Shown here in pieces: positions 8,622 to 17,212 of a stretch of 36,276 bases of DNA. Each line of letters opens with the position of its first letter. Position 1 is the stretch's first letter. This DNA comes from Myxococcales bacterium. Lineage in GTDB: Bacteria; Myxococcota_A; UBA9042; JABWCM01; BTVJ01. The position numbers and the translations under genes were made by a program. The stretch covers positions 1 to 36,276 of the forward strand of contig BTVJ01000072.1 in the NCBI GenBank assembly GCA_045863395.1, read 5' to 3'. A model generated the notes under the pieces. It was given only the letters and a program-made list of their open reading frames with translations, was not told where the DNA came from and searched no databases.

Positions 8622-9446
8622 ATGTCAAGGCTGCTGTCCATCGTCGTCAACGACCGCCGGCTGTTCCCCCTCGCGCTGGAGGAGGCCGGAACCAGCATCG
8701 ACATGACCAGGGGGCTGTCCCGCGGGTGCTGGGGCCTCGGCTCCTACGACGGCGGCCAGGTCCTGCTCCACAAGCGCCCCGTGGACGGCACGGAGGCCTT
8801 CGCCGACCTGATGCGCGGGATGCGGCCGAACCGCCTCATCTCGCACGTTCATGAGGCACCGGAGTGGGGCTATTCGGGGGAGACCACCCAGCCGTTCCGG
8901 TACAAGACGTGGCTGTTCGCCCTGAGCGGGACCATCGGAGGCGCCGGGATGGTGCAGGAGCGCACCCTCGCCCGCATCCCCGACTACATCCGCCAGAACA
9001 TCCGCGGCGACCTGCCGCCGGAGCTGGTGTTCCACCTCTTCCTGGCGCACCTGCACGAGGAGGCGCCGCTCGACGCCATGCGTGCCCACCCCAACGCGGC
9101 GTGGAAAGCCCTGGAGCGCACCCTGGGCGAGCTGCCCGAGCTTGCGGAGGGCCACGGCCCCATCGAGTTCGCGTGCGTCCTGTCCACCCCCACCGAGGTG
9201 TACGCGGCGGCCCACCGGCGCCCGCTGTTCTATCGTGTCCTGAAGGGGCGCGACCTTTCCCCGTCCTGGACCCGCGACGCCGTCCAGCGCCTGTACAAGG
9301 ACTCGGTGGACACCGGTCACCTGTGGGCGGTGTTCATCGCCAGCGAGCCCCTGGATCAGGACCACGTCTGGGAGCGGGTCCCCGACGAGCAGATCCTGCT
9401 CTGCGACAGCGCCTACGACCTGCGGCTCCTGCCCATCCGCGCGTGA
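8622..9446 (+). CDS. Class II glutamine amidotransferase-like protein (GATase_4/YafJ/EgtC-like) with degenerate catalytic motifs
   Basis: MSRLL start, CWGLGSY, ISHVHEA, TQPFRYKTWLFALSGTI, IRGDLPPELVFHLFL, IASEPL...WERVP match the family layout. GGAG RBS upstream. Confidence 0.8.
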   Translation: MSRLLSIVVNDRRLFPLALEEAGTSIDMTRGLSRGCWGLGSYDGGQVLLHKRPVDGTEAFADLMRGMRPNRLISHVHEAPEWGYSGETTQPFRYKTWLFALSGTIGGAGMVQERTLARIPDYIRQNIRGDLPPELVFHLFLAHLHEEAPLDAMRAHPNAAWKALERTLGELPELAEGHGPIEFACVLSTPTEVYAAAHRRPLFYRVLKGRDLSPSWTRDAVQRLYKDSVDTGHLWAVFIASEPLDQDHVWERVPDEQILLCDSAYDLRLLPIRA

Positions 9447-9916
9447 TCGGCCGCGTCCTCGTCGTCCTTGCCGTGCTGGCTCCCGTCGCCCACGCGCAGG
9501 TCACCCAGAAGCGCGGCGTGCCCTTCACCCTGACCGTCCAGGCCACCGAGCGCGGCGGAGCCGTCGAGGTCGAGGCAAGCGCAGACCCCTTGGGCGGGGT
9601 GGCGTCGCTGCGGCTCTCCGTGGTGGGGGTCGACGCCGGCGGGCACCCACTGGCCGAGGTCGTGGGCACAGGAACTGATCGGCCCGCGTCCATCCGGGCC
9701 ACGGTTCCGGTCACTTCCAGCCTCGCGCGGGTCTACGTGCGGGTGGACGCGGCGCTGCGTGGTGGGGGGACGGTGTCCGACGTGAAGGAGGCCTGGGCCG
9801 CCCCTGCGCCCCCTCGAGGAGCCACCCTGCTGAGGAATGGCCGCCCACTGCTCGAGCTGCCCGGAGCCCCCGCCCCGGCGGTCGAGCCCCCCGCCCTCAG
9901 GCCCCCGGCGCCTTGA
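9443..9916 (+). CDS. Small secreted hypothetical protein, 157 aa
   Basis: GTG overlaps the upstream stop (GTGA). Signal peptide MIGRVLVVLAVLAPVAHA/Q, beta-rich mature part. It is the 3' part of ORF 8864..9916. Confidence 0.65.
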   Translation: MIGRVLVVLAVLAPVAHAQVTQKRGVPFTLTVQATERGGAVEVEASADPLGGVASLRLSVVGVDAGGHPLAEVVGTGTDRPASIRATVPVTSSLARVYVRVDAALRGGGTVSDVKEAWAAPAPPRGATLLRNGRPLLELPGAPAPAVEPPALRPPAP

Positions 9917-11921
9917 GGTCCAGCGAGTCGGCGACCAGCTCCGCGATGTCCCGGACCTCCAGCGACTCCTGGACCCCCTTCTCGTTGATGCCGTCCCGCA
10001 CCATGGTCAGGCACCACGGACACGCGGTCGCGACCATGTCCGGGCTCTTCTCCAGGGCCTGCTCGACGCGAAGCTGGTTGACCCGCGCCCCGATGTTCTC
10101 CTCCATCCAGATGCGCGAGCCACCGGCGCCGCAGCACATGCCGTTCTCCCGGCTGCGGTCCATCTCGACCATCTTCACGCCCGGGATCGCCTTCACCGCA
10201 TCCCGGGGCTGGTCGTAGACGTCGTTGTAGCGCCCCAGATAGCAGGAGTCGTGGTAGGTGACGGTCTTCTGCAGCGCCTTCTTGGGCTTGATGCGCCCGT
10301 CCAGCACCAGCCGGCTGATGACCTCGCTGTGGTGCAGCACCGTGTAGTTGCCGCCGAACTGAGGGTACTCGTTGGCGATGGTGTTGTAGCAGTGGGGGCA
10401 GTGGGTGACGACCTTCTTGACGTTGTACCCGTTCATCACCTCGACGTTCTGCTGCGCCTGCATCTGGAACAGGTACTCGTTGCCGATGCGCCGCGCCGGG
10501 TCGCCGGTGCAGGTCTCCTCCTTGCCGAGGATCGCGAACTTCACGCCCGCCTCGTGGAGGATGCGGGCGAGCGCCTTGGTCACCTTCTTCTGCCTGTCGT
10601 CGTAGGAGCCGGCGCAGCCCACGAAGAAGAGGTACTCGTAGTCCTCGACCTCCGAGACGTGGGGGATGGGGACGTCGGCGATGTCCTCCTCCTTGGTCCA
10701 CCCGTCCCGGTTGCCCGACGGGAGCCCCCAGGGGTTGCCCTTGTTCTCCAGGTTGCGCAGCGTGCCGTTCAGCTCGGCCGGGAACTTGGACTCGGTGAGC
10801 ACCAGGTAGCGCCGCATGTCGATGATCTTGTCGACGTGGGTGATCATGACCGGGCAGTTCTCTTCGCAGGACCGGCAGGTGGTGCACGACCAGAGCACGT
10901 CCTCGTTGACCGCGAGGATCATGCGGCTCTGCTCGTTCTCGTCGTGCCAGGGCAGCTCCTCGGCGGTCTTCTTGCCCATCATGCGGTCGGTGTAGCGGAT
11001 CTGGTGCTCGTGCAGGTCCTTGATGAGCAGCTTCGGGTTCAGCGGCTTGTCGGACAGCCACGCCGGGCAGTTGACCGAGCAGCGCCCGCACTCGGTGCAG
11101 GTGTAGAGGTCCAGGTGCTGCTTCCAGGTCAGGTCTTCCAACTGGCGCGCGCCGAAGTACTCCGCGCTCTCGTCCTCCAGGTTCATGCTCGTCAAGCGGC
11201 CCGGCGGGTCGAGCTTGCTCAGGAACACGTTGGGGATCGCGCTGATCACGTGCATGTGCTTGGAGTAGGGCAGGTAGTTGGCGAACGCCAGCAGGGTCGC
11301 CATGTGGAGCCAGTACATGGCCGTATACAGGACCTCGTTGGCCCCCGTGCCCAGCGGTGCGAGCAGCGCGCTCACCTGGCTGCCGAGCACCGCCCAGCGC
11401 ATCTCGTCGGCGACCTCGGGCCGCCCGGCGTGCAGGTTGAACTTGGCGCCGTCGTAGAGGAAGTCCGTGATCATGAGCGTGAAGATCATGCTCAGGATCA
11501 GGAGCGCGTCGTTGGACCGGGTGATGCGCTCCGGCTTGTCGAACAGGCGGCGGTAGACGGCGTAGAGCACCATGCACGTGACGATGCCCTCGAAGATGTC
11601 CTTGGACAGGGTGTAGAGGTGCCCGATCAGCCCCGGGATGTGCGCGAACTCCCAGTAGCCGGCCGCCATCAGCGTCAGGCTGCGGATGAGCAGCACCAGG
11701 AAGCCCCAGAAGATCAGGGCGTGCATGGGCCCGTACACCGGGTCCTTGAACATCTTCTTCTGGGCGATGGCGATGGTCAGGGCGCGCCTGACGCGGTCCC
11801 CGATGCGGTCGAAGCGGTTCTCCGGCTTGCCCGCCAGCAGCAGCTTCACGCGGACCCGGATGCTGTAGGTGACCCCGGCGGCGGCCACCAGGAGGAGCAG
11901 GGTCATCAGGATGGGGCTCAT
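9897..11921 (-). CDS. fadF: Membrane-anchored Fe-S oxidoreductase (FadF / heterodisulfide reductase D-like), 674 aa
   Basis: N-terminal TM helices; CTECGRCSVNCP and CTTCRSCEENCP [4Fe-4S] motifs; two CCG domains (CTGD..., CPHC, YHDSCYLGR, CCGAGG, TACPWC). AAAGGAG RBS before ATG 11921. Confidence 0.88.
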   Translation of the reverse strand: MSPILMTLLLLVAAAGVTYSIRVRVKLLLAGKPENRFDRIGDRVRRALTIAIAQKKMFKDPVYGPMHALIFWGFLVLLIRSLTLMAAGYWEFAHIPGLIGHLYTLSKDIFEGIVTCMVLYAVYRRLFDKPERITRSNDALLILSMIFTLMITDFLYDGAKFNLHAGRPEVADEMRWAVLGSQVSALLAPLGTGANEVLYTAMYWLHMATLLAFANYLPYSKHMHVISAIPNVFLSKLDPPGRLTSMNLEDESAEYFGARQLEDLTWKQHLDLYTCTECGRCSVNCPAWLSDKPLNPKLLIKDLHEHQIRYTDRMMGKKTAEELPWHDENEQSRMILAVNEDVLWSCTTCRSCEENCPVMITHVDKIIDMRRYLVLTESKFPAELNGTLRNLENKGNPWGLPSGNRDGWTKEEDIADVPIPHVSEVEDYEYLFFVGCAGSYDDRQKKVTKALARILHEAGVKFAILGKEETCTGDPARRIGNEYLFQMQAQQNVEVMNGYNVKKVVTHCPHCYNTIANEYPQFGGNYTVLHHSEVISRLVLDGRIKPKKALQKTVTYHDSCYLGRYNDVYDQPRDAVKAIPGVKMVEMDRSRENGMCCGAGGSRIWMEENIGARVNQLRVEQALEKSPDMVATACPWCLTMVRDGINEKGVQESLEVRDIAELVADSLDLKAPGA

Positions 11922-12628
11922 GGGGATGTGCTCCTTTCCAGGGTTCGGGTGAAGCGGTGACGGTGGACTCGCAGGGAGAAGGCCGCGCAGCGCAGCTCCC
12001 GGTCCGTGGGTGGCAGCGCCCCCTCGGGCAGCTCGTCGTGTGCGAAGCGGCCGTCCTCCGCGAAGCGGGCGACGACGTCGCGGGCGTAGTCCTCCACGTC
12101 CGTGCGGAGGGTGACGACCCCACCGGGTCGCAGCACCCGCGCCGCTGCGTCGATGAACGCGGGCGTGAAGACGCGGCGCCGGTGGTGGCGCTTCTTCCAC
12201 CACGGGTCGGGGAAGCCGACGTGGATGGCGTCGACCGACCCCTCGGGGAGCTGCGCGACGAGGGGCCGGGCGTCCGCCTGGACGATGCGCGTGTTGGTCA
12301 GGCCCGCGGCCTCGAGGGCAACGTTGGCGGCTCTGCAGAAGCGCCCCTGGACCTCGAAGCCCAGCAGGCGGGAGTGGGGCAGGGCGGCCGCCCTGGCGAC
12401 CAGGAACCGGCCCAGGCCGAAGCCGACCTCGATCTCTATTCCCCCGCCCTCGGCGAGCCAGGGCTGGATGGCCTCCCAGGTCAGGATCAGCCCCCCGGCC
12501 GCCATGCGATCCGGCCGCTGGCTGCGACGGTGGGTCGCGTCCCCACCGTACAGGCCGCGCAGCCTGGCGGGCATGTCGAGGCCCGCGTCCTGCGGGGCGT
12601 GAGCATCGGCCAGGGGCTGCGTGGACAT
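11918..12628 (-). CDS. trmB: tRNA (guanine-N7)-methyltransferase
   Basis: IEVGFGLGRF SAM motif, GFE, FPDPWWKKRHHRRR, LRTD. Start taken as ATG 12628 (uncertain). The stop overlaps the fadF start (ATGA). Confidence 0.85.
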   Translation of the reverse strand: MSTQPLADAHAPQDAGLDMPARLRGLYGGDATHRRSQRPDRMAAGGLILTWEAIQPWLAEGGGIEIEVGFGLGRFLVARAAALPHSRLLGFEVQGRFCRAANVALEAAGLTNTRIVQADARPLVAQLPEGSVDAIHVGFPDPWWKKRHHRRRVFTPAFIDAAARVLRPGGVVTLRTDVEDYARDVVARFAEDGRFAHDELPEGALPPTDRELRCAAFSLRVHRHRFTRTLERSTSP

Positions 12629-12711
12629 CTGCGGGGGTGCCCTCGGTCCTGCGGGGGGCTCGGGTGGCGGCGCTCGGTCCTGCCCTTGACGCGCCGCGCC
12701 GTCCGGGTCAT

Positions 12712-12741
12712 GCGATACCACGCCAAAGTCCAGTTTGTCAA
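12712..12741 (-). promoter_or_regulatory. Putative sigma70-type promoter for trmB-fadF
   Basis: Minus strand TTGACA (12741-12736), 18-nt spacer, TATCGC preceded by TGG. The -10 match is weak. Confidence 0.3.
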
Positions 12742-12980
12742 ACGAATCACGCCCTTCGGGGCGCCGCGCGCGTGACCTGGATCAAGTCCCGTAGCGGTCC
12801 ATCGGACGCCTGCCCCCGCTCGCAGACGGGCGTCGTGGTCAGGTCGGTATGTACCCGGTTGACCGCCTTTCCAGTGTTCCGCTATCTTCACTCAGCTTGA
12901 GAGGGCCGAGCGCATCGCGGGGTTGACCCGTCGTGGTGCCAGGCGGGGCTGCCGGGGCAGCCTCCAGAGGGTTCGTCGAC

Positions 12981-14744
12981 GTGCACAGCAACTGGCAGAA
13001 GGGTGACGTCCTCGTCGGGCGCTACGAGCTCCGCGACATCGTGGGGGCGGGGGCGGGCGGCAAGATCTGGATGGCGCTCGACCGCAACCTGGGCGGCCGC
13101 AGCACGGCCATCAAGTTCTACGAGCCCGACACCCTGATCGCCGATCTGGCGGAGCACGTCCGCACCGGGACCCTCAAGCGCGACGTCTACGAGGCGGAGC
13201 TCAAGAACATCCTCCAGCGCTTCCGGCAGGAGGCGATCCGCATCTCTCGCCTGGACCACCCGTCCATCGTCCAGGTGTTCGACTACGTCGACAAGGAGTA
13301 CGCGGCCTTCCGCGGCGACCAGGAGATGCTCCGGGCCGACCCGTTCATGGCCATGGAGTTCATCAAGGGCCGCACGCTCGAAGAGATGCTGACCAAGCAG
13401 GCGGTCAGCCTCGCGGACGCGCTCCAGATCGGGGCCCAGGTCGCCGATGGCCTGGCCTACGCCCACTCTCAGAACCTGGTCCACCGGGATCTGAAGCCCT
13501 CGAACATCATGGTCGAGGAGGCCATCGGGCAGCTCCGCGTCCGCATCATCGACTGGGGCGTCGCCAAGGTGGTCGCCGACGAGGCCCAGGCCAACATGAC
13601 GCGCCTGATGGCGACGACGGACCTGTCGCAGACGTCGGACAACATCCACACCCGCGGGATCCTGCTCGGGACGCCCAAGTTCATCGCGCCCGAGCACTTC
13701 AAGGCGGGGGGCGCCAAGTGGGGCCCGGCCTCCGACGTGTTCGCCCTCGGCATGATGCTCTTCCGCATGGTGACCAAGCGCCCCGTGCGGCGGGAGAGCT
13801 TCATCGGCGAGTGCCTGACCCAGTCAGACCGTGACCTGCTCAAGGGCGCGTGCGTCAAGGTGCCCGAGCTCGAGCAGATCGTGCTCCTGTGCCTCTCGGA
13901 GATCCGGGAGGAGCGCATGAGCGCCGCCGCCGTGCGTGACTCGCTCCGGCGCATCCACGACCGGCTGGAGCTCGGAACCATCCAGCCAGGCGAGCCGGAG
14001 CCGACCGCGGTGATGACCGTCCAGCCGCTCACGCCGCTGGGCGAGAAGATGCCGAGCACGGAGGTCTCCGCGGCCCCGTCCTCGTCCAGCACGCCGGTCG
14101 TCGAGGAGGTCGTGGTCTACAGAGGGGTGAGCTGGGCGGTCGCCGTGCTGCTCCTCATCGTCGGCCTCGGCGGCGGGGGAGCGGCCGGGTGGGTGGTCCA
14201 CGCAGGGCAGAAGGCGCCTCCAGCCACCGACGAGGTGGCCGTGGTGATCCGACCAGGCGAGCCCGCGACGTTCCACGGCGACCCGCCGAAGGAAGGGGTG
14301 CCCGCAAAGACCCCTGCCGGGGGCGGTCCGGCGGTGCCCGCGGCCCCGACGGAGCCCACGGACGAGCAGAAGGCGAAGATCCTCGCGGAGGCCGGGGTGG
14401 ACCCGACCTTCAAGCCCATCAAGGTGAAGGTGACCTCGGACCCGGTGGCCCAGGTCGAGCTGCGCGACCCCGACGGCACCAAGATCGTCGGCAGCACGCC
14501 GGTGGACCTCGTGCTCCGCAACCGCTACGAGATGCGGGTGCTCAAGCTGAGCGCGGAGGAGCACCGTGACCTGACGGAGACGATCTACGCCCTGGACGTC
14601 GTGGACAACCCGCCCGACGACGACGGCGTGCGCACGGTGCACATGACGCTGCACCCCGTCATCAAGGACATCACGGACGAGAAGCAGAACCCCTACCTCA
14701 AGAAGTTCCAGAACTCCTTCGACAAGGAGCTCCCCGGCCCATGA
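12981..14744 (+). CDS. Hanks-type Ser/Thr protein kinase with one TM helix and a PEGA-like extracytoplasmic region
   Basis: GAGAGGKIW, AIK, RFRQEA, HRDLKPSN, IIDWG, GTPKFIAPE, SDVFALG. TM helix WAVAVLLLIVGLGGGGAAGWVV, then VTSDPVAQV...GSTP. GTG 12981 follows AGAGGG; the ORF track starts it at 12933. Confidence 0.92.
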   Translation: MHSNWQKGDVLVGRYELRDIVGAGAGGKIWMALDRNLGGRSTAIKFYEPDTLIADLAEHVRTGTLKRDVYEAELKNILQRFRQEAIRISRLDHPSIVQVFDYVDKEYAAFRGDQEMLRADPFMAMEFIKGRTLEEMLTKQAVSLADALQIGAQVADGLAYAHSQNLVHRDLKPSNIMVEEAIGQLRVRIIDWGVAKVVADEAQANMTRLMATTDLSQTSDNIHTRGILLGTPKFIAPEHFKAGGAKWGPASDVFALGMMLFRMVTKRPVRRESFIGECLTQSDRDLLKGACVKVPELEQIVLLCLSEIREERMSAAAVRDSLRRIHDRLELGTIQPGEPEPTAVMTVQPLTPLGEKMPSTEVSAAPSSSSTPVVEEVVVYRGVSWAVAVLLLIVGLGGGGAAGWVVHAGQKAPPATDEVAVVIRPGEPATFHGDPPKEGVPAKTPAGGGPAVPAAPTEPTDEQKAKILAEAGVDPTFKPIKVKVTSDPVAQVELRDPDGTKIVGSTPVDLVLRNRYEMRVLKLSAEEHRDLTETIYALDVVDNPPDDDGVRTVHMTLHPVIKDITDEKQNPYLKKFQNSFDKELPGP

Positions 14745-17110
14745 CATGGCCAAAGAGCGTGGCGTCCCTCCTGACCGTGGTGCTGGTGACCACGGCCGCG
14801 GCCCCGGCGCGGGCCGCCAAGCCCGAGGACGACGCCCAGCAGTTCTACGTCCAGGCGATGAGCGCCTATGACACGGGGCAGTTCGACGAGGCGCTCCGGC
14901 TCCTCGACCGCTCGGCGCGGGAGGCGCAGAAGCTGGCGGACAAGTCCTGGCGCGCGAGCGTGCAGAAGACGGTGCTGGAGGCGAAGGTCGGCATCCTCTA
15001 CGAGGCCGGCATCGCGCGGTGGGAGTCCGAGTCCTACCAGGCCGCCTTCAACTACTTCCAGTCCTGCGCGGGGCTGATGGCGAAGAACGACAAGCGCCTG
15101 GCCACGGTCCGCAAGAACATCGCCAAGTCGGCGTACATGCTGACGCTCCAGCTCTGGCTCAACCACCAGTACCAGAAGGCCCGCGATACGGCGCGCGAGG
15201 CGGAGAAGGCGGCCAAGGTCGCCTACAAAGAGGGGGGCACCCTCAAGACCAAGCTCGACGACATCTACCTGAAGATCACGCACAAGCACACGGACGAGCT
15301 GGTCGCCGCCGGCGAGATCAAGCGCGCCTACTCGGAGCTGAAGAAGGACTACGCGATCCTCCCCGACCCGAGCTTCGCCTACAAGCTCGGCGACCTGGGC
15401 ACGGAGCTGCGCGCCTTCGGCGAGGCGGAGCGCTACTACGCCCGCGCTCGAGACAGCGCCAAGAAGATGGCCGCGGCCGGGTCCTCCCGTGCCGGCGAGC
15501 TCCAGAGCATCATCACGGGCTCCCAGGAGAAGATCGTCCACATCCGGAGCCTCCGGAAGCAGATGGTCGTGCGCTCCAACGTGCCGCACTACCAGGTGGA
15601 GATCTATCGCCCGTACACCGACGACCCCATCGAGGCAAAGGAGGCGGAGGACTCCAAGGCCGGCGTCACCTTCGAGCTCTACCCGGGCACCTACCGCGTG
15701 AAGGTCATCAACGCGGACTATGGCGTCTGCACGCGCGACGAGGTGCCGCTGAAGAAGGAGAGCGTCGACATCACGTGCGAGTTCGAGAAGCCGGCAACCG
15801 TCGTCTCCATCGACACGGTGCCGTCGGGGGTCAAGGTCAAGATCGTCCCGAGCACCATGGTCGCCGCCCGGTCCACGCCCTTCCAGACGGAGCTCTACCG
15901 GGGCGGCTACACGCTCCAGGCGTGGATGGAGGGCTTCGACCAGCCGGTGGAGGTGCCCTTCGTCGTCGAGAACGAGACCAACCAGGAGTTCCACTTCAAC
16001 CTGGACTATGCGGAGCTGGACATCAGCGTCCCCGATGGGGCCACGGTGCGCATCGACGGCAAGTTCCACAAGCCGGGCGTGGAGCCCGCGCGGGTCGGCG
16101 TGGGCAGCCACCTCATCGAGGTGACCAAGGTCGGGCATGTCCCCATCTCGCAGCGCATGTTCGTGCGGCCGCGTGAGATCAAGACGCTGTTCTACGAGCT
16201 GCAGAAGGTCGAGGAGACCCCGCCCGAGTTCGTCTACACGGCGCCACTCATCGACGTCCGTGCCGGTTACGGAGGCGACTTTGTTGGTTACGATCTGGTG
16301 ACGAAGGACGCTGCGGGCGGGAAGGACAAGGTCCAGAGCACCTCCTTCCCGCTGCACCATGTGCTCGCCATGTTCGACATCTACCTGACCTCCAACAAGG
16401 ACGCCGCCATCAAGCCCTACATCCGCGTCGGCGCGGACATCGCCTTCGCGCTCGGCTCGCCCATCGACTCGCTGCTGGACATCGACGCCGTCGCGGGCTT
16501 CGGCCTCCTCATGGACCGGTGGGATCGGGCGCGGCTGGACGCCAACCTGTCCTATCACTTCATGTACGGGTTCTGGTCGGACAGCCTCGTGAAGCGCCCC
16601 TTCGACATGGGGATCATCTACCCCGTGGGCATCGGCCTCCAGACCGCGGGCCACTATGACGCCTTCCAGGCGGAGCTCTCCTTGGGCTTCGCGACGGGCG
16701 GTGGCCAGCGCAACTACTCGGACGCAGCCGGCGGCGGGTCGGACATCTCCACCACCTGGTTCGAGCTCATGGTCTTCGCCGGCGCCGACTTCGTCGATAT
16801 GTTCGACTACAACCCGGACCTGGACGTGGCCGTCGGTCTCGTGGGCGGCATGATGTGGTACGGAGAGGACCAGACCCCCGACAAGGGCGATGCCACCAAC
16901 TTCTCCACCATCGACGGGCGGGTCGGTGCGGGCCTCCGTGTCCGCTACGTGACCAAGACCAACCCGCGCACCGCCTTCCTGCTCGATCTGGACGCCCTGT
17001 TCCTGGGCGGCCTCATCCCCGAGTTCCCCGGCATCATCGAGAACAAGATCGAGGTCTCCCCGCGGCTCGGCAACATCGACCTGCGGGCCGGCATTGAGCT
17101 TCGGTTCTGA
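14741..17110 (+). CDS. Secreted TPR + PEGA-repeat protein with a probable C-terminal outer-membrane beta-barrel
   Basis: Signal peptide (ARA/A), helical TPR-like N-terminal half, three PEGA-like units. The last ~290 aa show alternating hydrophobic strands and end in LRAGIELRF (terminal Phe). ATGA overlap with the kinase. Confidence 0.78.
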   Translation: MTWPKSVASLLTVVLVTTAAAPARAAKPEDDAQQFYVQAMSAYDTGQFDEALRLLDRSAREAQKLADKSWRASVQKTVLEAKVGILYEAGIARWESESYQAAFNYFQSCAGLMAKNDKRLATVRKNIAKSAYMLTLQLWLNHQYQKARDTAREAEKAAKVAYKEGGTLKTKLDDIYLKITHKHTDELVAAGEIKRAYSELKKDYAILPDPSFAYKLGDLGTELRAFGEAERYYARARDSAKKMAAAGSSRAGELQSIITGSQEKIVHIRSLRKQMVVRSNVPHYQVEIYRPYTDDPIEAKEAEDSKAGVTFELYPGTYRVKVINADYGVCTRDEVPLKKESVDITCEFEKPATVVSIDTVPSGVKVKIVPSTMVAARSTPFQTELYRGGYTLQAWMEGFDQPVEVPFVVENETNQEFHFNLDYAELDISVPDGATVRIDGKFHKPGVEPARVGVGSHLIEVTKVGHVPISQRMFVRPREIKTLFYELQKVEETPPEFVYTAPLIDVRAGYGGDFVGYDLVTKDAAGGKDKVQSTSFPLHHVLAMFDIYLTSNKDAAIKPYIRVGADIAFALGSPIDSLLDIDAVAGFGLLMDRWDRARLDANLSYHFMYGFWSDSLVKRPFDMGIIYPVGIGLQTAGHYDAFQAELSLGFATGGGQRNYSDAAGGGSDISTTWFELMVFAGADFVDMFDYNPDLDVAVGLVGGMMWYGEDQTPDKGDATNFSTIDGRVGAGLRVRYVTKTNPRTAFLLDLDALFLGGLIPEFPGIIENKIEVSPRLGNIDLRAGIELRF

Positions 17111-17156
17111 GTCGGGCATCATTCCCGTCACCAAATCGCACGCGCGGCGAGGGGGT

Positions 17157-17186
17157 CCGCGGGGCCTCCGAAGCGGGAGGCCGCGG
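17157..17186 (+). promoter_or_regulatory. GC-rich intergenic hairpin upstream of the giant lipoprotein RBS
   Basis: CCGCGGGGCCTCC-GAAGC-GGGAGGCCGCGG with no U-tract; GGAGGG RBS follows. Confidence 0.3.
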
Positions 17187-17212
17187 GCTGGAGCCGATCG
17201 GAGGGCAGAGCC

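Noticed and set aside
8864..9442. 5' part of ORF 8864..9916
   Set aside because: It overlaps the amidotransferase-like gene out of frame. The real start is more likely GTG 9443, which gives a signal peptide.
12629..12980. tRNA or ncRNA in the divergent intergenic region next to trmB
   Set aside because: No cloverleaf, T-loop GTTCRA or CCA end was seen. The region is explained as divergent promoters.
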